Source: an uncultured virus (IMG/VR IMGVR_UViG_3300016457_000183) (taxonomy: Duplodnaviria; Heunggongvirae; Uroviricota; Caudoviricetes). From it: DNA of 64,000 nt. Below, in pieces: positions 56,277-64,000 of this stretch (its first letter is position 1; each line of letters begins with the position of its first letter). Where the stretch lies: IMG/VR virus record IMGVR_UViG_3300016457_000183; one strand, 5' to 3'. The notes below the pieces were generated by a model. That model had not been told where the DNA came from, ran no database searches, and worked only from the letters and a program-made list of their open reading frames with translations. Both the position numbers and the translations under genes were made by a program.

Positions 56277-57250
56277 GACGACTTCCCTCCTAATGATTTT
56301 TCCTCTAAAGTCTCTATTGCTAACTTAATAGCAGCTGGTGAATACTTAGTTTTATTTGCCTGACAAAACTCACGGAACGAATCCAAAATAGAGCCTACTA
56401 TGGGTAGATCACGTTCCAAGTCATCCTTCACATCAACTTCATCAGTGATTCGCACTGTAACATGCAGTGCGACCTTTCTAACCTGATTGACCCAATCCAG
56501 AGAAGCAGAGGAAGGAATCACGCATCTAACAACTGCATTTCTTACCATCTCGAGATCTTCTGGGGGCTTCGTTAGTTCAACGAAAGGACGAGTTTCAATC
56601 TCAACAAACGTGCGTGACCTTGCAGTTCCGTCACTATAAAAAGTAAACCCGCAGGGAACTCCTAATTGATTAAAAGATACCCTTTCCAAAGCTCCTGCAT
56701 AAAACGTGTTCTGGGACACTTCAAATGGCATGTGAAGATCACCTAACATAGCGATTTTGTATTTATCAGGGACCTCGATAGCAGAGTCTTTGAACTTAGG
56801 AACACGCCGGTCTCGAAGATGCCCAACAAGATAATCCGCCTCGAGGAAGTTGGGTGGAGACTCCGTATATGGAACACAGTAAAAGTAAGATCCCCGAACC
56901 TCATAAAGTGAAGGTTGTTCAAACAACACGACGTTTCGTAACAGTGATAACGTAACAAGGGGTGAACTGACTCGATGAATAGAGTTGTCGTGATTTCCTG
57001 CTACTACAATTATAGGGCACTCAAATAGAGCTAGAGCGGATTGTGCTACCGCTATAGCCTGCGCGGGTGGTCTTCTCACGTGAAACAAATCACCAGCAAT
57101 TACTACAACATCAGGGTTTAACTCTCTGGCTTTCTCACAAGCAGTAACAAACGCTCGATAAAAGTCGTACTCACGTATGTTCTTGTTTCCATCAAACTTA
57201 CCGTAAGAACTAAACCCCAAGTGTGCATCAGCCATATGAACGATACGCAT
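56273..57250 (-). CDS. Mre11/SbcD-like nuclease
   Basis: ADAHLG, AGDLFH, AGNHD, GDLH. Confidence 0.9.
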   Translation of the reverse strand: MRIVHMADAHLGFSSYGKFDGNKNIREYDFYRAFVTACEKARELNPDVVVIAGDLFHVRRPPAQAIAVAQSALALFECPIIVVAGNHDNSIHRVSSPLVTLSLLRNVVLFEQPSLYEVRGSYFYCVPYTESPPNFLEADYLVGHLRDRRVPKFKDSAIEVPDKYKIAMLGDLHMPFEVSQNTFYAGALERVSFNQLGVPCGFTFYSDGTARSRTFVEIETRPFVELTKPPEDLEMVRNAVVRCVIPSSASLDWVNQVRKVALHVTVRITDEVDVKDDLERDLPIVGSILDSFREFCQANKTKYSPAAIKLAIETLEEKSLGGKSS

Positions 57251-57443
57251 CTGAAACCTCCTTCGAGAGCAAAGTATGCTCTCTTCTCCATCTTAAACGT
57301 AATGGTGCTAAATGATAGACAAAACCACAAGCGGGACACTTAACACGCCAGCGATCTGCCCGATGCCAAAATTCGTTGCCGCAACCGCAGCGAATCAACA
57401 ACAAGTTCGCGGAAGGTGTCCACGTAGCATCAACTATCTTCAC
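57228..57443 (-). CDS. Small zinc-ribbon protein
   Basis: IRCGCGNEF...VKCPACG. Confidence 0.6.
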   Translation of the reverse strand: MKIVDATWTPSANLLLIRCGCGNEFWHRADRWRVKCPACGFVYHLAPLRLRWRREHTLLSKEVSDAYRSYG

Positions 57444-57452
57444 GAGGCCCTC

Positions 57453-58226
57453 CTACGCCTCAATCCCTTCAAGTGAAAGGTACTTCTCAACCCAAACTAA
57501 ACACTGACGAAGTGCTTTACTCTCTAGCTCGATAGTGTAATCTAACCACTCTACAATACCGTTAGAAGTCACTTGTTGAGGTTCAGGTGGTGAGAAGTGA
57601 CGAAAAGGGAAAGAAGTGTCAAAACTTCTTACAAAAGGGAGCCGTAAATAAAACGGTATCTCTACATCAGGAGTAACTAGCTCCAATATGTGTACCGGCT
57701 TACTGTTGGTAAACTCCTCACAAAGGAACGCAAGAACAGCAAAACGCCCGAATAACTCTCGCAAACTCGCTGAATAAGTGGGTAGTACACCCGTTACTAC
57801 CGATGTCTTACTAAGACCGAGTACACTAATATAAGGATTCTCTGCCATAGAAACTAAACACTGGAAAAAATCAGTAGCATTCTTTCCCTGAGGTACACCC
57901 ATAAGGGATAAATTCCCAAACAGAGAGTTACTTCTAACCTCTTTCACAAACTGAGAAACGACGTTTAAAGTCCCTTCCCTATCATTAGGAACGTAGGGTA
58001 GAACTACCTCGGAAACTTTTAACTCCCTTAGGGTAGGTAAAACATCATCGAAGTCACTCACACCAGCTAGTGTAAGCCAGTGTCCTTTCTTAGCTACTTT
58101 CTTATAAAAACGTTTACACTTCTTACTTTGCGTAATTACGTCGAAGAGTACTAAATGGTGGGAAATCCCAAACTGCGTAAGTAGCTCTAGGTGAGGTATA
58201 GGTGTGTCCAACATTAACCACATCAC
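57453..58226 (-). CDS. TGT/DpdA-like TIM-barrel protein, apparently degenerate
   Basis: LMGVPQG...KPVHILE...VRSFDTSFP parallels TGT-family motifs; N-terminal catalytic Asp positions not evident. Confidence 0.45.
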   Translation of the reverse strand: MMWLMLDTPIPHLELLTQFGISHHLVLFDVITQSKKCKRFYKKVAKKGHWLTLAGVSDFDDVLPTLRELKVSEVVLPYVPNDREGTLNVVSQFVKEVRSNSLFGNLSLMGVPQGKNATDFFQCLVSMAENPYISVLGLSKTSVVTGVLPTYSASLRELFGRFAVLAFLCEEFTNSKPVHILELVTPDVEIPFYLRLPFVRSFDTSFPFRHFSPPEPQQVTSNGIVEWLDYTIELESKALRQCLVWVEKYLSLEGIEA

Positions 58227-58240
58227 TGACCTCCTTCTGA

Positions 58241-58858
58241 CTAAGCAATTATCCCTAACTCCTTCTTAATCTCCTTCATCATCTCAGAAAACGAAGTAAC
58301 AGTTAAATACTCTTCAGGAGAAGAAGAGCCTAAGGAAGTACTGGGGCAATAAGGTCTTTCTGGGCACAATAAGCAAACAAACCCGCTTACCACTTTATCA
58401 AGAACCCAGCACTCAGCAACAGGTAGAACCACTGACTTCTTAAGAAAGTGAGAAAAAACGCCTAAATAAAAAGCTTTGTCGATCAACTCTAACTCAGAAG
58501 GATCTCTTTTACGACGATATTCCATCACATCAAACGGGCGTAGAGGCCATGAACAAACGTTGCCTAACGTGGACGTAGTGATATTTATAACCCTCTCAGT
58601 TAAGCCACGTTTGGTTGCAACCCACGCCAGGTGACGGAGAGCAACAGCTTCGATCTGTCGAACTCGTTCGCGTGAGAGATTGAGAATTTCGGCCAGTTCC
58701 TCTAGCTTGTGTGGACCTTGATTAGCGACGCGGATTGTACAATTACCGTACTCAGGAGTAGTACGCTCCCAGTAATAGCAATTAGTCTTAGTACAAGGCT
58801 GGGCTGAGGAGAAGCACGGCGGGTCCTTACTGAGATCAGGGAAATCAAGCTCTGTCAC
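58241..58858 (-). CDS. Sigma70 region 4-like HTH protein with Cys clusters
   Basis: KLEELAEILNLSRERVRQIEAVALRHL. Confidence 0.8.
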   Translation of the reverse strand: MTELDFPDLSKDPPCFSSAQPCTKTNCYYWERTTPEYGNCTIRVANQGPHKLEELAEILNLSRERVRQIEAVALRHLAWVATKRGLTERVINITTSTLGNVCSWPLRPFDVMEYRRKRDPSELELIDKAFYLGVFSHFLKKSVVLPVAECWVLDKVVSGFVCLLCPERPYCPSTSLGSSSPEEYLTVTSFSEMMKEIKKELGIIA

Positions 58859-58965
58859 CGTCTTCTCCTCCTCACTACAATACTTCCTTCTTCAAAGACC
58901 ACTTCAAAAGAGTACCCCCTACTCCGTTTCTTCGAAGTCAACGTCTTTAAAAACTGCTCGATCAA
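58855..58965 (-). CDS. Small 36 aa ORF (MIEQFLKTLTSKKRSRGYSFEVVFEEGSIVVRRRRR)
   Basis: Fills the gap exactly, with 4-nt start/stop overlaps at both ends; below the ORF-track cutoff. Confidence 0.4.
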   Translation of the reverse strand: MIEQFLKTLTSKKRSRGYSFEVVFEEGSIVVRRRRR

Positions 58966-59552
58966 CCTTGAGGAGGGTTTTCAGTGTCTTGTGGTTGATT
59001 CTGACGTACTTGTTGCAATACTTTGGTCGCATACACATGGGAAACGCCGCAGGCCTTTCGTATCTCTCCTGCTTTCGCGTTAGGATGTGCCTTCAAATAC
59101 TCCAAAATCTCTTTCTTCTTATTACCTCTCATAGCATTACCTCCTTTAACCTTACCTTTTTCATCCGACAAAGAGTTACTGTTATGTTCAACTTTATCTT
59201 TAGAAATGTCAACTTTTTTCTCCGCAGAAGTAGGTTGAGAGCTTTTATCAGCTTTTTTCCTGGTCTTCTGCCCTTCCTTCTTCTCTTTTTTCCTCTTATC
59301 AGGGATTAACGTGTCAAGTTCGAGTTTACGAGAAAGTGTTGCTTTCTTGAAAAAAGCGCTATCGTACACTACATCATCAACATCCAAATCGGCGATCCCA
59401 ACCTCTTTAGCAACCTCACAAGTTGCCCTACGTGAGCACGCGAAACACATCAAAGCAGTGTGGTTTCGTTTCAAAACGGGACACCGAACTAACCGAGAAA
59501 CGTGGTCCCTAAACTCTTCCTTAACATCCTCCTTACTCAACAGACGAATCAT
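58962..59552 (-). CDS. Hypothetical Cys/Lys-rich protein with a C-terminal HTH
   Basis: CPV...CFAC...C; KKEILEYLKAHPNAKAGEIRKACGVS. Confidence 0.55.
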   Translation of the reverse strand: MIRLLSKEDVKEEFRDHVSRLVRCPVLKRNHTALMCFACSRRATCEVAKEVGIADLDVDDVVYDSAFFKKATLSRKLELDTLIPDKRKKEKKEGQKTRKKADKSSQPTSAEKKVDISKDKVEHNSNSLSDEKGKVKGGNAMRGNKKKEILEYLKAHPNAKAGEIRKACGVSHVYATKVLQQVRQNQPQDTENPPQG

Positions 59553-59571
59553 AAACAACCTCCTTACATAG

Positions 59572-61605
59572 TCAACAAGTTGAATAACCGCATCTAGAAC
59601 AACTCTTACAACCTTGTCCGTTACGTGTCAGAGTGTAATTCTGACACTTAGGACATAAGTCAAATAGTTCTTCTACCTTCCCACTTGATTGTAAAGTATC
59701 ACTAAGAGCCTTAGCGACGGCGTCACAGATCGAGGTAACACGGCCAACACGACTGTTCACATAGAAGTCTCCTGTTTCAATACCCGATAAAGACTTCATA
59801 ATCACTTCAGGGCGGGTTCCTGACCTAAGAGCAAGAGAAACAAGTCTCCCTAAACCCATAGCTAGTCCATTAACAACATTCCCACTCTTACCGGTAGACA
59901 CAAATACCTCAATGGGCTTCCCAGATGTTGATCTATTAACCGTGATGTAGATATTATTCAGGCCTTTAAACTTGTAAGTTTGTCCGATCAGCACGTCCCT
60001 TTCAGGTTCGTCTGCTTCAACAATCGATTCCAAAGCACAACCTCTACGGTACACAGTTAACCCCTTAAGACGATATTTTCGCGCTGTGTAGATAATCTCT
60101 TCTATCTCTTCAACAGTAGTTTCCTTCGGGACGTTGATGGTCTTACTCGCTGATGTATGACTTATTTGTTGAACGGTAGAAACAACCTTTATCTGCTCTT
60201 CAGGGGGTATAAAAGGTAGCGTAGTAGGATTGGAGGGAGTCACTGAAGACTTAAGAATAACGGTCTGAAATTCATTTTCACTATTAAGAAATTGCCTTTT
60301 AACCTGAAAAGATTCAAGAGGCTCTAATCCCGTAGACACACAGCGTAGGAACTGAGATACTGAACCAGTAGGCGCTTGAGATAGAGTAGTCGTGTTCCAA
60401 AATTTCCTGCTCCTCTTAGTGTAACCAACAAGTGAAAGATGTTCATCTTTGTACGTCGGGTCCCACTCCTTCTCAACTTTAGTCGAGAGGGCCCACTCAT
60501 TCGACGCAATAAGTGAACCGCGGGCAAGAGCGGTGTACATCTCGGAAATTCTGTCGACATCAGTGTACTTGTATCCTTTCTTAAAGAGGTACTCTGCAAC
60601 TCCTGTTAGACCAATACCAACAGGGTGAATCTGGTCAACTCGCTCTCGGAGCTTATGATAAAGCCACTTTGGCTCCTTAGGTAAGCCCATATTGTGCTTC
60701 AAGGTTAAATACAAAATTGCGTTCCCAATATGAGTCATGTAATAACCCAACGCCTCAAAATCCGAGACTGACTCTGCAGAAAGGGCGTTACCTGTTAAAA
60801 GATGGCAAACACTGAAGGGAGGTGAAGCATACTCGGCACAAGGATTCACGTAACGTACAAGAGGTTTGAGCTTAGGAGGATAAGGTGAATGCTCGGCAAG
60901 TACGTCGGGGAAGAGTAACCCGGGGTCACCAGAAGTCCACATCCCTAACGCGATCTCCTTAATCAGATCACGCTGCTCCCAAAAATCGCCAAAGGCATTC
61001 ACAGAAATATTGATTGACCATAAATCACGCCGATCTCTCTTAAGCCGAACATACTTAAAAATGTCTGGGTGGTTGTAATCAAGCTGACCTAGCATTGCCC
61101 CTCGTCTTTTACCGCCTGCGGCAATACTCTTTGAAGTAGCTTCAAACATAGGAACGAAACCAACAGGGCCTGAACTCACTCCCTGTGCTTGATCAACAGC
61201 ACTTCCTTCTGGGCGCAGAGAAGAGAAGTCTAACCCAACACCACCAGCATACTGAAAGATGCTAGCGCAAGCTTCAATATAACGCAGGATGTCCTTAGTT
61301 GAATCGGGAATAGGTCCTAACGGGAAACAAGAATAAAATCCGCCTCTTCTTGTATAAGGGTTACCTAGATTCATTAAAACGGGGGTTGCAAACGTGAACT
61401 TCCTATTACGTGCCATTTGTAACGCTTCTGATAATAGGTCGTTCGAGACAGGGTACTTACGCGAGAGGATGAAATTAGTAATTCTATCAATTATATCTTC
61501 ATAAGTCTTCTCCAAACGTTCGGAAGTCTTTGGATGACGAATAGAATATCTTTGATAAATTAGAGCACGCTCGAAGTCATCCCAGTCAGTAATTACGTCC
61601 GTCAT
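59572..61605 (-). CDS. nrdJ: Class II (B12-dependent) ribonucleotide reductase with C-terminal TSCPD/Zn-ribbon region
   Basis: ATPVLMN, SCF, GGVG, GGKRRGA, NPCAE, APTGSVS, SKTINVP, KGLTVYR, CPKC...CSRC. Confidence 0.9.
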   Translation of the reverse strand: MTDVITDWDDFERALIYQRYSIRHPKTSERLEKTYEDIIDRITNFILSRKYPVSNDLLSEALQMARNRKFTFATPVLMNLGNPYTRRGGFYSCFPLGPIPDSTKDILRYIEACASIFQYAGGVGLDFSSLRPEGSAVDQAQGVSSGPVGFVPMFEATSKSIAAGGKRRGAMLGQLDYNHPDIFKYVRLKRDRRDLWSINISVNAFGDFWEQRDLIKEIALGMWTSGDPGLLFPDVLAEHSPYPPKLKPLVRYVNPCAEYASPPFSVCHLLTGNALSAESVSDFEALGYYMTHIGNAILYLTLKHNMGLPKEPKWLYHKLRERVDQIHPVGIGLTGVAEYLFKKGYKYTDVDRISEMYTALARGSLIASNEWALSTKVEKEWDPTYKDEHLSLVGYTKRSRKFWNTTTLSQAPTGSVSQFLRCVSTGLEPLESFQVKRQFLNSENEFQTVILKSSVTPSNPTTLPFIPPEEQIKVVSTVQQISHTSASKTINVPKETTVEEIEEIIYTARKYRLKGLTVYRRGCALESIVEADEPERDVLIGQTYKFKGLNNIYITVNRSTSGKPIEVFVSTGKSGNVVNGLAMGLGRLVSLALRSGTRPEVIMKSLSGIETGDFYVNSRVGRVTSICDAVAKALSDTLQSSGKVEELFDLCPKCQNYTLTRNGQGCKSCSRCGYSTC

Positions 61606-61608
61606 TCA

Positions 61609-62082
61609 CTACCTCCTTCGAATTAGTTGGATATCGTCTCGTAAACCGAGCTCAGTCAATACTCGGGAGAGGTAAGTCCTCTGAATACCTAACCTTCTGG
61701 CTATCTCTGTAATGGTTAACCCTTTTCGTAGATAAGCTTGAATGAACTCTCGTTGCATTCTCTTAACAAACTCACGCCAAGTAACACCTTCTTCAATCAA
61801 ACTATCAAAGTACGAATCGATACTCGACTCTATAGGTACTATATCACGTAGTCTATCAATATCCCGCAAAATCTCCACAACTACGTTTACAACCTTATTG
61901 TCAATTACAGCGTTTTGAAATTGGAAGATATTAACGCCCCCCTTACGTAGTCCAGGAGACAGTTGTAAGTCCATATTCTGCTTAGCAACTATGTTCTCAG
62001 ACGGAGGGCTACTAACAACACTGAGTAAAGAGTAAACTTTTTCACGTAGCTGAACTAATGCATTCTCAACTCTATCGCGCAT
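61609..62082 (-). CDS. Protein with a C-terminal Fis-like HTH
   Basis: TITEIARRLGIQRTYLSRVLTELGL. Confidence 0.7.
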   Translation of the reverse strand: MRDRVENALVQLREKVYSLLSVVSSPPSENIVAKQNMDLQLSPGLRKGGVNIFQFQNAVIDNKVVNVVVEILRDIDRLRDIVPIESSIDSYFDSLIEEGVTWREFVKRMQREFIQAYLRKGLTITEIARRLGIQRTYLSRVLTELGLRDDIQLIRRR

Positions 62083-62083
62083 A

Positions 62084-62698
62084 CTATCTAACCTTTACGT
62101 AGTACCTATGTTGGGGGGTTCTTCCGTACTCAAGAAGTGCTTCTCGATGTTTCTTCGAGAGAAACCCCAAATTTGACGTTAAATCGTAAACTTGCCACCC
62201 AGGGTTCTCGTTTAACAATGAGAGTAATGCTTCTTTACGCAATTCCTTTGCCAATATCATAGCCAGTCGAAGAACGTAAACATACATACTACCGCGAAGT
62301 ATGGGGAAGCAATCAGCGGGTAATTCAGGAATTAGAGGATCCGAAACAACGATCAAGGAAGGATACTCTTGTACCAACTGCTCGACTACTCTTAACTTTG
62401 ATCTACGAATAGCTTCATCTACATTACCAATACGATTGATCTCATCTCCAGCTACAGTATCAACTATAGGGGTCACCATTTGTCGTAAGGTGGAAGGCGC
62501 TTTAGAAGCTGTGGGAGTATGGTGCACATCAATTACTACGCCACAAGTAACAAGAGGCCCAAAAGCTGCTTCCTTCCCATCTGTGTAAAGACCAACAATG
62601 TTACTATACCCAACTGAGAAGAACAGCCGCTCTAGGGAAAAATTCTCTAAGCCTTGAACGAGTTCTTCGTTAACACGAGCTATGCGTTTAAAATTCAT
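62084..62698 (-). CDS. RNase HII-like protein, degenerate motifs
   Basis: AFGPLVTCGV, AMILAKELR, NLGFLSKKHREALLEYGRTPQHR; the canonical GVDEAGRG is absent. Confidence 0.6.
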   Translation of the reverse strand: MNFKRIARVNEELVQGLENFSLERLFFSVGYSNIVGLYTDGKEAAFGPLVTCGVVIDVHHTPTASKAPSTLRQMVTPIVDTVAGDEINRIGNVDEAIRRSKLRVVEQLVQEYPSLIVVSDPLIPELPADCFPILRGSMYVYVLRLAMILAKELRKEALLSLLNENPGWQVYDLTSNLGFLSKKHREALLEYGRTPQHRYYVKVR

Positions 62699-62896
62699 TT
62701 AAGCACTCCTGCGCAAGGCTAACGAAGTCATTATCATAGTAACTGCAAAGAAGGGCAAGAGCAAAACTAAATTTTTCCTAAAGGTTTCAAAGGGTTCCGG
62801 TACCACAAAGTCGACGATGGACTCTTCGTAAAATGGACGACGGTGGAAGGAAAACAAACTCAAACAAGTGAGACAAGTCAAAGCACGTTTTACCAA
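62699..62896 (-). CDS. Small putative membrane protein
   Basis: Hydrophobic C-terminus; in operon orientation. Confidence 0.35.
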   Translation of the reverse strand: MVKRALTCLTCLSLFSFHRRPFYEESIVDFVVPEPFETFRKNLVLLLPFFAVTMIMTSLALRRSA

Positions 62897-63035
62897 TTCT
62901 CAACTTACCAAAATAGTGACAGAAAGGGCAAATACTATATGTTAATCGATACCACCCGATTAATCGGTAAGTAGGAAACTTCTCAACTATATAACCACAC
63001 CTAGGACAAAAAACTACATCTCTAGTTGCTGGCAT
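62787..63035 (-). CDS. Small Cys-rich hypothetical protein
   Basis: CPRC...CPFC; no clear SD. Confidence 0.4.
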   Translation of the reverse strand: MPATRDVVFCPRCGYIVEKFPTYRLIGWYRLTYSICPFCHYFGKLRIGKTCFDLSHLFEFVFLPPSSILRRVHRRLCGTGTL

Positions 63036-63043
63036 AGCACGAG

Positions 63044-63098
63044 AAAAAAGCCGCCCTTCGCAACCTCTAATTAAGGCGCTACTTTACCCGTGGGCGGC
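63044..63098 (-). terminator. Terminator-like structured element with a large structured loop
   Basis: GCCGCCC...GGGCGGC followed by TTTTTT on the minus strand. Confidence 0.55.
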
Positions 63099-63118
63099 GG
63101 CCGGGGAAAGGAGGAGGA

Positions 63119-63340
63119 TCAACCTCTACGACGCGCTTCTTCCCGCTTAATCAAGCGCTCAAGGTAGAACTCTGCCTTTTTTAGGTCCTCTAAAGGAGCA
63201 CCTTTCCATTTATACCTAGCAAGATATTTTACTACATTCCCCTCAAGGAAATCAAATCCTTGATCTTCAATAAAATCAATTACCTCAATCTTACCACGAG
63301 TGTAGTGTTTAGGATGACGAACATTCTCCAATAATGCCAT
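63119..63340 (-). CDS. DUF3310 (T7 gp1.7-like) protein
   Basis: VRHPKHYT...IEVIDFI...GNVVKYLARYKWKG..LEDLKKAEFYL. Confidence 0.88.
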   Translation of the reverse strand: MALLENVRHPKHYTRGKIEVIDFIEDQGFDFLEGNVVKYLARYKWKGAPLEDLKKAEFYLERLIKREEARRRG

Positions 63341-63349
63341 GTGTACCTC

Positions 63350-63616
63350 CTATTCCCATTTCTTAGCTGAAGTTTCCTGTCGAATCCTAATGATCTCAAT
63401 CAAATTCTTATTGAACAAGTACTCGTTAAGGTGCTTCCTTCTGATCTCCTCCTTAACGGCGGCTTTCAAAGCTTTCAGGTAACATTTACAACACAAATCA
63501 AAAGTTTCATATACATCCTCCACGGATCCAGCAGCATCGGCACGGCGGTCATATGAAAAACTAACTCGTTGCACGTCCTTTTGCGTACCGCAAACATCAC
63601 AAACTGTAATTTGCAT
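63350..63616 (-). CDS. Zn-binding hypothetical protein
   Basis: CDVCG...DLCCKC; GGAGG SD. Confidence 0.6.
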   Translation of the reverse strand: MQITVCDVCGTQKDVQRVSFSYDRRADAAGSVEDVYETFDLCCKCYLKALKAAVKEEIRRKHLNEYLFNKNLIEIIRIRQETSAKKWE

Positions 63617-63635
63617 GGGAGCCTCCTAGGTAAAA

Positions 63636-63797
63636 TTAAACCTTCTTGGTTAACTTTTGTAGTGCTTTAAAAATCGCTCTCTCTAAACACAATACCTCAA
63701 AACGACTTCCCTTAACAACTAACGTTAACACAGAATCGAACATACCGGGTACCTCACAAGGTTTGTCCTTACGCTTTAGTTTAAGAACCTCAATCAT
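63636..63797 (-). CDS. Hypothetical protein
   Basis: ATG at 63797 after GGAGG/GAGG. Confidence 0.45.
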   Translation of the reverse strand: MIEVLKLKRKDKPCEVPGMFDSVLTLVVKGSRFEVLCLERAIFKALQKLTKKV

Positions 63798-63799
63798 CC

Positions 63800-64000
63800 T
63801 CAATCCTCCTTGTTCCGAAGAAAAGAGCAAGGATCTTTATCGTAGATAGTAGGATCCTCAACTCCTGCTTTCTGAAAAGCTTCAGCACGTTCAACACAAG
63901 TACCGCAGGTGCCACAATGTTTTGGTGGCTCCCCTTTATAACAGGACCACGTTAACTCAAACGGACAATTAAATCTATTCCCGACAGAAACAACTTCCCA
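63800..64000 (-). CDS. queC: 7-cyano-7-deazaguanine synthase, C-terminal part (truncated by window)
   Basis: Missing from the ORF track; translates ...[40 protein letters not shown]...stop. Confidence 0.9.
   Translation of the reverse strand, partial: WEVVSVGNRFNCPFELTWSCYKGEPPKHCGTCGTCVERAEAFQKAGVEDPTIYDKDPCSFLRNKED

Noticed and set aside
63044..63098. preQ1 riboswitch
   Set aside because: AGAGGUU is present but the matching stem partner and A-rich tail of class I aptamers are not.
1..64000. CRISPR array, tRNA/rRNA genes, reverse transcriptase/DGR, integrase, endolysin, alternative genetic code
   Set aside because: None recognised by eye; genes tile densely under the standard code. A tRNA and repeat scan would be needed to exclude short elements.

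Overview
About 64 kb from the genome of a tailed dsDNA bacteriophage (siphovirus-like: long tape measure protein, no sheath seen). GGAGG Shine-Dalgarno sites and sigma70-type promoters point to a bacterial host. Almost all genes are on the minus strand. Read right to left they give: a replication and nucleotide-metabolism block (QueC, NrdJ, Mre11/Rad50, two helicases, primase, FolE2, dUTPase, UDG-PolA with an intein, SSB, RecA, QueE); a ~12 kb accessory block flanked by the only two plus-strand genes, an ATP-dependent ligase and a nucleotidyltransferase-like gene, containing glycosyltransferases, methyltransferases, an SqdB-like protein, two SpeD-like decarboxylases, an ATP-grasp protein, a metallo-beta-lactamase with an intein, a zincin, a REC-GAF protein and a stand-alone HisKA-like helix; then morphogenesis (portal-MuF-zincin fusion with an intein, terminase, LigD-like phosphoesterase, protease, capsid, connectors with an inserted GT2-TPR gene, tail tube, frameshifted chaperones, tape measure, tail tip). 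Highlights: (1) a group I intron splitting the major tail tube gene, whose single endonuclease ORF occupies two separate loops and is read through the ribozyme core; (2) a shared short W-I-T-x-x-G-R-x-[VI]-x-I type motif on three candidate virion-delivered effectors; (3) a dispersed end-repair set (ligase, nucleotidyltransferase, phosphoesterase, MBL); (4) an orphan phospho-relay pair with no kinase; (5) preQ0 genes with an apparently degenerate TGT-fold protein. All functional calls come from motif recognition by eye; no database searches were run.
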